Shown: positions 18,315 through 25,867 of the stretch, piece after piece
How the letters are laid out: the number at the start of each line of letters is the position of its first letter
Numbering within the stretch: position 1 is the first letter of the stretch
DNA from: Candidatus Arthromitus sp. SFB-rat-Yit
Lineage (GTDB): Bacteria > Bacillota > Clostridia > Clostridiales > Clostridiaceae
Assembly (NCBI RefSeq): GCF_000283555.1
Contig: NC_016012.1
Location: 1,050,001-1,082,000, forward strand
Direction: 5' to 3'
Length of the DNA: 32,000 nucleotides
The notes under the pieces: model-generated
What the model saw: only the letters and a program-made list of their open reading frames with translations
Database searches by the model: none
Told to the model about the DNA's origin: nothing
Program-made: the position numbers and the translations under genes

Positions 18315-18839
18315 CTACTTCTTTGTAATGTCAATTCCGTAGTTGTCTTTATAATAATTAATTATGTAATTCTCTGCCTCTGGAACTTCAACATTTTGGA
18401 ATTCATCTCTCTTTTCAGTCAAATGCTTTTGAGTTTGTTCATTCTGTTTAGCATGTTTATTTGACATTTCTCTAAAAGCAGCTGTTTGTAAAATACCACC
18501 TACAACTCCTATTACAAGCATACCTCCAGAGAAAATACTAGCAGCGGTAATAGCTCTATTAAATGGATGATTTTGCTTTTGTGAATCAATAGTTCTTTGT
18601 TGTTCTAAATTAGTAAGTCTTTGATTCAAACTATTAACACTTACGCTTGATTGCAATGTAGAACTAACTGTTCTCACGTTAGAAACTTGATTCCTAACTA
18701 ATGAAGAAGCTACACTGCTAACTCTTCCAACCACTGCATTCGCATTAACCATACTAGCACTTAAAACACACAAATTTGCTAAAGACAATATGGCTATAGA
18801 ATTTCTCTTATTTAATTTAAATTTACATACATTACCCAT
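18315..18839 (-). CDS. Small signal-peptide + single-TM protein, paralog B (hypothetical)
   Basis: 174 aa. Signal-like N-terminus ending VNANA. Then VVGRVSSVASSLVRNQVSNVRTVSS, a Gly-rich TM (AASIFSGGMLVIGVVGGIL) and a charged C-terminal tail. SD GGAGGA lies 7 nt upstream, inside the end of the preceding gene. Confidence 0.7.
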   Translation of the reverse strand: MGNVCKFKLNKRNSIAILSLANLCVLSASMVNANAVVGRVSSVASSLVRNQVSNVRTVSSTLQSSVSVNSLNQRLTNLEQQRTIDSQKQNHPFNRAITAASIFSGGMLVIGVVGGILQTAAFREMSNKHAKQNEQTQKHLTEKRDEFQNVEVPEAENYIINYYKDNYGIDITKK

Positions 18840-18843
18840 TTAT

Positions 18844-19311
18844 TTATCCTCCAATACTAAATCCCGGTTTTACTTCTTGGTTACTCTCCGGTTTACTTAT
18901 TGGATTTTTATACTTATCAGGCATAGGTACTCCCCAGCTATCAAATAAATTCTTCATGTACTTTTCACGCTCATTATAAAACGCATCATGTGTGTTCTGA
19001 AGAATCGTATGATTCACTTTTTCAGCTTCATTATACTGAAGTTGAGTTAAAGTCATTCCAACAATTGTACCAACACCAGCAATAACAGAAACTGCGAAAC
19101 CAAAACCTCCAATTACTTTCTCTCTGCTACTCAATGTATATCTAAGATTCTGAGCTTGAACTCTAGATACTGTAGTAGCCGCTCCCGCTGCCCTTCCAAT
19201 AGATGCATGAACTTCTTGACCCTGACCTGCTAAAATATTAAATGATATGGGCCCTGCAACTAGTGTGCCAAGCATATATTTTACTAATTTCGCCTTCTTT
19301 CTATGTAACAT
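18844..19311 (-). CDS. Small signal-peptide + single-TM protein, paralog A (hypothetical)
   Basis: 155 aa. Signal-like N-terminus ending EVHA. Then SIGRAAGAATTVSRVQAQNLRYTLSS, a Gly-rich TM (VIGGFGFAVSVIAGVGTIVGM) and a polar tail. SD TAGGAGGAG. Confidence 0.7.
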   Translation of the reverse strand: MLHRKKAKLVKYMLGTLVAGPISFNILAGQGQEVHASIGRAAGAATTVSRVQAQNLRYTLSSREKVIGGFGFAVSVIAGVGTIVGMTLTQLQYNEAEKVNHTILQNTHDAFYNEREKYMKNLFDSWGVPMPDKYKNPISKPESNQEVKPGFSIGG

Positions 19312-19458
19312 ATTCTCCTCCTAATTACTATAAAAATGATGTATCAACATCAAAACAAAAAATATTAATCTGCTAAAAATATTTTTAAAATTTTAGTATT
19401 ACATATCAATTATAAAAATAATATGAAGTGTTAATATTTTAAAAAGAGGTTTGATTTA

Positions 19459-20208
19459 ATGAATACTTTAACAGATACTATTAACGCAAAGTTAAATCAT
19501 TTAAATTTAGATATTGAGGAATTCCTATATACAGAACTGTTGTTTATAACAAATCAATTAAAATATGATTTCAAAAATCACTCACTCAATAATCTTTCAA
19601 ATTATATTGAAATATTAAATGAAATTAAAACACTGAAGCAAAACACATTATCATATACAAATTCTCCCGTAGAATCTAACCCATCTGACTTATTAAATGA
19701 TATAGAAAACGCAATAGCTACATCTGGAAATGTCTATACAAAACCAAATCAGGATGACAGTTATTATTTTTATAATTTTAATCCTAACTATGGAGAAACG
19801 GATAAAAACTTAAATCTTATCTACAAATTGATAAATATCGAAGATTTTGATTTATTCCCTTTAAAAATAAGTGGACTAAAATTATTTGACAACGTATTTC
19901 TTGGACAAACTTTTAGAGATTCAATGAAAAAATTATTCTCTTTCTTGTTCATGTTAAATGAGCAACCGTTCATAGAACTCTGCAGTGAAAAATCAAAATA
20001 TTTTTCAAATTCTGCTTCTGATATGAACAAACCTATAGTGCTAAAAGAAAATGAATGTTACTTCGAATCAAATATAGATGAAGATGAAGCTATAGAAATG
20101 ATAAAAACATTTTTAAATTATATAAATATCGATTTATCTGCTTGTAAAGTCTTAACACAGTGCTCTACTAATAAATCCGATGAAAATTATATTACAATTG
20201 TTCTATAA
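19459..20208 (+). CDS. Hypothetical acidic soluble protein (only plus-strand gene in the window)
   Basis: 249-codon ORF in a composition where stop codons are very frequent. SD AAAGAGG upstream of the ATG, and a strong terminator immediately downstream. No motif recognised. Confidence 0.7.
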   Translation: MNTLTDTINAKLNHLNLDIEEFLYTELLFITNQLKYDFKNHSLNNLSNYIEILNEIKTLKQNTLSYTNSPVESNPSDLLNDIENAIATSGNVYTKPNQDDSYYFYNFNPNYGETDKNLNLIYKLINIEDFDLFPLKISGLKLFDNVFLGQTFRDSMKKLFSFLFMLNEQPFIELCSEKSKYFSNSASDMNKPIVLKENECYFESNIDEDEAIEMIKTFLNYINIDLSACKVLTQCSTNKSDENYITIVL

Positions 20209-20212
20209 AATA

Positions 20213-20240
20213 AAGGCAACATATAAACATATGTTGCCTT
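20213..20240. terminator. Bidirectional terminator between convergent genes
   Basis: Perfect 12-bp stem AAGGCAACATAT-aaac-ATATGTTGCCTT between the stops of the 19459-20208 (+) and 20272-20625 (-) genes. Confidence 0.7.
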
Positions 20241-20271
20241 AAACTTTAAAGCTTATTATTTTATTACAAGC

Positions 20272-20625
20272 TTAATATTCAATATCTAATATACATATAG
20301 TATTATCTTCTAAGAAGTAATAAACAAACTCAACCATGTACTCATTTTCTAAACGAATTCTTATCTTATAGTATATATTACCTAAGAAATCAAATACATC
20401 CCTATATATATACTCAATAATATCATAATTTAAAATATCTTGAACTTTCTCTAAAAATATATCTTCATCTTTAAACTTTTTACATAAAAGAGTGTCCAAT
20501 ACCTCCACTAAAACTTCCCCCCATATCGATAATAATACAAGTCTAATTGCTAAATATGTAAATTCTAAACTATTTTTAATATTAATGTTATTACTATTAT
20601 AACATAATCTTTTAAAATTTTCCAC
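20272..20625 (-). CDS. Hypothetical protein; start uncertain
   Basis: 117-codon ORF beginning at a GTG 3 nt after the DJ-1 stop, with no SD. An internal alternative start GTG/TTG follows GGGGGGAAG (about 78 aa). No motif recognised. Confidence 0.5.
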   Translation of the reverse strand: MENFKRLCYNSNNINIKNSLEFTYLAIRLVLLSIWGEVLVEVLDTLLCKKFKDEDIFLEKVQDILNYDIIEYIYRDVFDFLGNIYYKIRIRLENEYMVEFVYYFLEDNTICILDIEY

Positions 20626-20628
20626 ATA

Positions 20629-21174
20629 TTAAAATAAAATCATTTTACTCTTAACTTCATCACTGTCATTATCACCCTTCAACACCGACAATAATTTAAA
20701 ACCAAAATCAAATACAGATCCAGCACAATTAGACGTTATTACCCTATTATTTATAACAACCTTTTCTTTAACATACGTACCATTCTTTACATATTGCTCA
20801 AATCCTTCATAACAAGTAAATTTATTATCTTCAAGTAAACCAGCATCGCCCAGAATTACAGGAGCTGCACAAATTGCTGCTAAATATTTATTATTTGAAT
20901 GCATATACTCAATAAATTCAAATATTGGTTTGAAATTTCTTATCTCCTCAACTCCTTTAACCCCACCCGGAAATATTGCCATCTCATATTCTGAAAAATC
21001 AATGTCTTTAAATAATTTATCACACACAATTTTTATATCATGTGCTCCAACTACTTGTAAAGAATCTGTTATGGATACTATATCAACATCTACATTTCCT
21101 CTTCTTAAAATATCTATAATTCCAATAGATTCTAGTTCTTCAAATCCATTTGCATTAAAAATACAAACCTTCAT
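20629..21174 (-). CDS. DJ-1/PfpI family protein (ThiJ/YajL-like)
   Basis: 181 aa. MKVCIFNANGFEELE N-terminus and the nucleophile-elbow motif AAICAAP. Confidence 0.88.
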   Translation of the reverse strand: MKVCIFNANGFEELESIGIIDILRRGNVDVDIVSITDSLQVVGAHDIKIVCDKLFKDIDFSEYEMAIFPGGVKGVEEIRNFKPIFEFIEYMHSNNKYLAAICAAPVILGDAGLLEDNKFTCYEGFEQYVKNGTYVKEKVVINNRVITSNCAGSVFDFGFKLLSVLKGDNDSDEVKSKMILF

Positions 21175-21340
21175 TATTTAATCACCTACGCTCAAAATAA
21201 AATTTTAATAAATATATAAACATTTACTTAAGTGTGCTATAATAGAAATATAGTTGCAAGTTATGTTTTGGGTAACTTCCATATATTATTAAATTAAACA
21301 TATTCTTCTCCTACTTTAACCTAAAACATATCTTGTAACC

Positions 21341-21778
21341 TTATTTTATTCCACTCGATCCAAATCCATTAACACCTCTATCAGTATCATGATTTATATA
21401 ATCCACTTTACATATTCTTACATCATATACAGGTTTTAATACTAATTGTGCAATTTTCATTCCTTCTTTTATCATAAAATCTTGTTTTCCATGATTTATA
21501 ATAACTATTTTAACTTCCCCTCTATATCCTTCATCTATTGTTCCTGGAGAATTTAATACAGTTAATTGATTGTTTAATGCAAGTCCACTCTTTGGTCTTA
21601 CCTGAATTTCAGTATTTTTAGGCAATTCCAATACAAGTCCAATAGATATTAATTCACTTTCTCCGCTTTTTATAAGTTTATTTTCTACAGAAAATACATC
21701 CATTCCTGCGTCACCATCATTTGCAAATTCTGGTAATTTAGAGTTTGAATATAATAATTTAACCTTTAATTCATACAT
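21341..21778 (-). CDS. dut: dUTP diphosphatase
   Basis: dUTPase motifs AGMDVF, PKSGLALNN, GTIDEGYRGEV and C-terminal RGVNGFGSSG. Start taken at the ATG (MYELKV...) rather than the track's TTG at 21790. Confidence 0.93.
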   Translation of the reverse strand: MYELKVKLLYSNSKLPEFANDGDAGMDVFSVENKLIKSGESELISIGLVLELPKNTEIQVRPKSGLALNNQLTVLNSPGTIDEGYRGEVKIVIINHGKQDFMIKEGMKIAQLVLKPVYDVRICKVDYINHDTDRGVNGFGSSGIK

Positions 21779-21856
21779 TTTTATACCCAACCTATGTTAT
21801 TTTTAATTATATATTAATCCTTAATTTCGTTTAAAACTACCCCTAATTTTACAAAT

Positions 21857-22759
21857 TTATTTTAAAAATACACTGCTTCCACCTGTCGATAATTTCTTCA
21901 CATCTAAATTTAAATTATTAATCCTAACTTCTATACAATCATCAATAAACCTAACACTACTAACATCCAAATCTAAATCTAAATTTCCAAACGCCTTCAA
22001 CAAATCTTTAACAAAAATTTTTATAGGAATATGTTCTATATTAACTCCTGGAAAAACACAGTTTATCATCTTAACTTGTATATATAATAAATTTTCCCTT
22101 AACTCCTTTATATTTAAAGAAATATCTCCAACCTCAAATGAACCAATTATTATCCCTTTTAAATAAATAGCTTGACTCACATCTATTCCAGAGATAGAAA
22201 AGTTGCCACTCTTTACAAAATCTCTAACAAAAGACATTATATCATCACCTGAAAGTCTTAATATGGTCTGTGTAAGTTTCAAAAATATCCCTCCATTTTT
22301 GTTTGAATTTTTATTTCTTGGATTAATCTTTACATTTATATCTTTTGAAATAATATGAATAAAACCATTTTTAGTAACTACATTTTTCAAATCAAAACTA
22401 AAATTTGAATGTTTAATTAAATTATTTAAATCTATTTCAAAAGTATGTTTATTTAATTTGTTTTCACTTATAATATTCATTGGAAAAAGTTTTATAAATA
22501 TATCAATTATGGACTTTGGGATACATATCCCATTAAAACTTATCTTTGTTATCTTAATATGAATTTTATTATCATGAACCTTAAGTATCTTAAAATGTAA
22601 ATTTAAATTTCTAAATATTTTATAACTAATATTTTTTATTTGTACTTCATCAACAATCTTGATCTCTTTAAAGTGAATCTTCCTACTCGCTAAAAATTTA
22701 ATTAAAATGTGTGTTAAATCTCTTTCACTGAGCAAAATAGAAATATTAGTTAACTTCAT
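21857..22759 (-). CDS. Hypothetical protein with internal two-fold duplication
   Basis: 300 aa. The halves begin MKLTNISILLSERDLTHILIKFL and LKLTQTILRLSGDDIMSFVRDFV, and both continue as alternating beta-strand-like hydrophobic patterns, joined by a linker (PRNKNSNKNGG). Possibly LmeA/DUF2993-like, from memory only. Confidence 0.65.
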   Translation of the reverse strand: MKLTNISILLSERDLTHILIKFLASRKIHFKEIKIVDEVQIKNISYKIFRNLNLHFKILKVHDNKIHIKITKISFNGICIPKSIIDIFIKLFPMNIISENKLNKHTFEIDLNNLIKHSNFSFDLKNVVTKNGFIHIISKDINVKINPRNKNSNKNGGIFLKLTQTILRLSGDDIMSFVRDFVKSGNFSISGIDVSQAIYLKGIIIGSFEVGDISLNIKELRENLLYIQVKMINCVFPGVNIEHIPIKIFVKDLLKAFGNLDLDLDVSSVRFIDDCIEVRINNLNLDVKKLSTGGSSVFLK

Positions 22760-22775
22760 CGATCATCTCCTGAAA

Positions 22776-22820
22776 CAAAAAAATAAAAAGCACATACCTT
22801 ATATATTTAGATATATGCTT
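22776..22820 (-). terminator. Rho-independent terminator of the 955-aa surface-protein gene
   Basis: Minus-strand RNA: AAGCAUAUA-15 nt-UAUGUGCUU, 9 bp with one G-U pair valid only on the minus strand, followed by UUUAUUUUUUUG. Confidence 0.6.
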
Positions 22821-22859
22821 ATCTTCTTCATTCTTATTCTATATTTAATTATTTTTCTT

Positions 22860-25727
22860 TTACTTCTCTTTTAACTGCTTCTCTAAAGATTTAAATCTAA
22901 CATTTGTAAACATTTTTTCTATTATAGTTCTTATAGATTTATTCATTTCTTCGCTTTTTAAAATTTTATTGAAATCATTTACCCATAAATTAAGACTTTG
23001 GTCACTTGGACTACTACCATAAATTACATTATACATTATTTTTATTTTCTCAGAATTATCTATGTATTTATTTTCAAAATTTTCTTCCTTAATTACGCTA
23101 AAAATAAAATTTCTAAGATCAACTTCCTTTTTCATTAATTTGTTATACCAAAACCAAAATTCACCTTCACTTGGAAATTCAATACTATTTTCATTCTTGT
23201 CTACCCCATTTTTAATATTTATATAAGTGCTTGAAATAAAATTTTTAATGTCATCCTCAGATTTTGGACACTTAAACTCTGGTAAATTTATCTTTAGTGT
23301 ACAACCTTTATCATTTTTAACTTCTATTTTAAAATCTTTATAAATTTTAAGTGGAACTAAATTTTTAATTGAAACATATCCATTTTCAATTTTAATTTCA
23401 ACTTTTTCAATTCCACACAAAACTTGATCAACTTTAAAAGAGTCATCAATATGATATTTGAATTTAATATCTCCATCTCCAAATTCAATAGAATTTATAT
23501 CTATAACTTTAATTTCTTCCTCATCGTCCATTATTTCTTCCTTATTTATAATTTTATCCGAAATATCTCTTTCATATTTTTTATCTTCTTTAATATTATT
23601 ATTAAATTCTAATATAAGAAATTCTCTTTCACCATTTTCCAAATAATAATTCAAATATATTAAATACGAATTATTTTCTTCAAAGCCTATTTGTTTTGGA
23701 ATGCTTAATTCTCCATTTTCATTTTTAGAAATATTTAAAATTGGTGTATCCAATAATTGAATACCTGTTGATTTATTTTTTATCCCAACAATGTCTATAC
23801 TACCGCTAATATTTAAATGTTTTGAATTCAAAACTAACATATTTTCATTTGTAAAATATCCAGTGACATATTTTATATTGTTATTTTCTTCAATAACTAT
23901 AGGTATAATTTCATCAAATTTAACTCCATTGATCTTAATTCTAATTCCATATTTATATTCAGCAACTATCGCACCTTTTAATTTTATAATTCCTTTTTTA
24001 GAATTTAATATCGTTCCTTTATCCTTGTCTATCAAATTAAAATTAATATCATCTAAATTAAAAACGCTGTCTATCTCTATCAAATCATAATTGCTAATAC
24101 AATCTATATTTTTAAAACAAACTTCTACCTCATGACTTGTGTTTTTGCTTTTAGCAATTGCTCCTTTAAAAGATATATTATTATTAACACTTACTTTCAA
24201 AACATCATCAAGCTCAATATCATTAATTTTGAATCTCACAAAATAATTATTTCTCGTATCCAATGTTTGATTTATGAATATACTTCCATTTAACTTTTCT
24301 ATCCTAGTATTGTAATTAGATTTTAAAAGATTCTTACCGTCACCTCCATCTTTAAAAACTCCAATCACCTTAACAACATCTGTTATTTTTAATCCCTTAG
24401 CATGATCCAAAGATATAAAAATTTTATTACTTATAACATCAGTTAACGCACTTGCATTTGATAAGTCTATAGGAATAACTTCAACACCAAAACCATTCAT
24501 CAAAAATCCATTTATCTTAAGTATGAGTTCATATGAGTTTCCTGACTCAATCCTTCCAAGAATATCAATCGTATTAACTTTATTTGTTAATTGGCATGGA
24601 GAGATTAAATTTTTCTCTTTCTCTTTAATGTCATGTAAAGATACGACTTCTATAACATCATCTTTACTCAAATTATTAATTCCGCTTAAATCTACTCTTA
24701 AATCTTTACCAACTTTTTCAATAGCAGTTGCTTTAATTTTTGAAATATCAAGATCCGTAACACTCACATCACAATCATCTTGTGGATCCAAATCAATTCC
24801 GTTTACTCTTAATCTTACCTTATATTTTTTGCCATGAGTTAAGGCATTTTTTAATACTATCTCACCTTGAAAATTTGTAATTTGATTTTGATTACAATCA
24901 AGATTTAATAACATATTCTCATTTGGATTCAATTCATCATAAACACTAACAACATAAACCTTATCATTTTCACTAATTCCACTATCTTTATCTATGCATA
25001 TATTTAATTTGTCAGATGCTTGAGAAATTATATTTAATTTCACGTTTCCTTTAACATTTATCTCCCTATAAACTGGGTTGATATGAAACGAATCTATTCC
25101 AACTATTTCAGATCCTTTTTTCAATAATACCGTATATGTAGATGTAGTTAAATCATTTATATCGTTTATATGTATAGTTGCCTTCCCTTCATTGTCTAAT
25201 TTAGAATTGCCAATTTTTGAATCATTTTTAAAAATACTTACCTCTGAATCACACAATAATTTACTCGTATCTTCAATTTCCAAACTATCCTTTAAGTCGT
25301 TATATGTAACCTTAATATCTAAAAATTTATAACCTTGATCACATTTATTTACAATTTTATAAACCTGACCAAGCTCTTTTGTATTCAAAACAATCGTATA
25401 TGTATCATCTTCTAAATTTGTCACAGGTTCACCTGATGAATCCAACAAAATTCTTCCATCATTTGAAAAAGTATATGAAATTGATTTATTTATAAGTTTG
25501 ACATCTAAAATAGTTACATTATTTGGAATATTTATTAATTTGTATACAGCATCTTCCTTTTTGGGACTTTCGTCTTTCACTATGCTAATTCCTAAAACAC
25601 TTTTGATTTCAAGTTTATTTACTATCTTTGAAATTGAATTTGCATTTAATTTATTGCCTATTAACATCATGAAAACCACCATACAAAAAACAAATGTTTT
25701 AATTGTATATCGATGTTTTATCTTCAT
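22860..25727 (-). CDS. Secreted/cell-surface protein with five ~95-aa tandem beta-rich repeats and a DUF4214-like C-terminal region
   Basis: 955 aa. Signal peptide MKIKHRYTIKTFVFCMVVFMMLIGNKLNANS. Repeats end KYKVRLRVNGIDL, SYELILKINGFLM, NYFVRFKINDIEL, KYGIRIKINGVKF and SYLIYLNYYLENG. C-terminus contains ...IYGSSPSDQSLNLWVNDFNK.... Confidence 0.8.
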   Translation of the reverse strand: MKIKHRYTIKTFVFCMVVFMMLIGNKLNANSISKIVNKLEIKSVLGISIVKDESPKKEDAVYKLINIPNNVTILDVKLINKSISYTFSNDGRILLDSSGEPVTNLEDDTYTIVLNTKELGQVYKIVNKCDQGYKFLDIKVTYNDLKDSLEIEDTSKLLCDSEVSIFKNDSKIGNSKLDNEGKATIHINDINDLTTSTYTVLLKKGSEIVGIDSFHINPVYREINVKGNVKLNIISQASDKLNICIDKDSGISENDKVYVVSVYDELNPNENMLLNLDCNQNQITNFQGEIVLKNALTHGKKYKVRLRVNGIDLDPQDDCDVSVTDLDISKIKATAIEKVGKDLRVDLSGINNLSKDDVIEVVSLHDIKEKEKNLISPCQLTNKVNTIDILGRIESGNSYELILKINGFLMNGFGVEVIPIDLSNASALTDVISNKIFISLDHAKGLKITDVVKVIGVFKDGGDGKNLLKSNYNTRIEKLNGSIFINQTLDTRNNYFVRFKINDIELDDVLKVSVNNNISFKGAIAKSKNTSHEVEVCFKNIDCISNYDLIEIDSVFNLDDINFNLIDKDKGTILNSKKGIIKLKGAIVAEYKYGIRIKINGVKFDEIIPIVIEENNNIKYVTGYFTNENMLVLNSKHLNISGSIDIVGIKNKSTGIQLLDTPILNISKNENGELSIPKQIGFEENNSYLIYLNYYLENGEREFLILEFNNNIKEDKKYERDISDKIINKEEIMDDEEEIKVIDINSIEFGDGDIKFKYHIDDSFKVDQVLCGIEKVEIKIENGYVSIKNLVPLKIYKDFKIEVKNDKGCTLKINLPEFKCPKSEDDIKNFISSTYINIKNGVDKNENSIEFPSEGEFWFWYNKLMKKEVDLRNFIFSVIKEENFENKYIDNSEKIKIMYNVIYGSSPSDQSLNLWVNDFNKILKSEEMNKSIRTIIEKMFTNVRFKSLEKQLKEK

Positions 25728-25810
25728 TTGAACTACTCCTTTAAAATATGGTTTGTTTTTAGTATGGTAATTCTATTTAATTATAATTAGTTAAAATTTT
25801 TTCCATATGT

Positions 25811-25855
25811 AAAAACAAAAAGGCAAGTTGCTAAAACAATTTAACAACTTACCTT
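25811..25855 (-). terminator. Rho-independent terminator of the amidase gene
   Basis: Minus-strand RNA: AAGGUAAGUUG-14 nt-CAACUUGCCUU, 11 bp with one G-U pair valid only on the minus strand, followed by UUUGUUUUU. Confidence 0.65.
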
Positions 25856-25867
25856 AAATTTTTAATA

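Noticed and set aside
19373-19396. Quasi-palindrome CTAAAA...TTTTAG in the divergent spacer, as a possible operator
   Set aside because: It is built almost entirely of A/T runs, and such imperfect symmetry is expected by chance in this composition. There is no second copy elsewhere in the window.
19821-21181. ORFs 19821-20030 (-) and 20930-21181 (+)
   Set aside because: They lie antisense within the 249-aa gene and the DJ-1 gene respectively. They have no SD and shadow-ORF composition.
23424-25731. Five plus-strand ORFs (62-104 aa) inside the 955-aa surface-protein gene
   Set aside because: All are antisense to one long minus-strand ORF with a signal peptide and coherent repeats. Their products are Ile/Phe/Ser/Leu-rich with no start signals.
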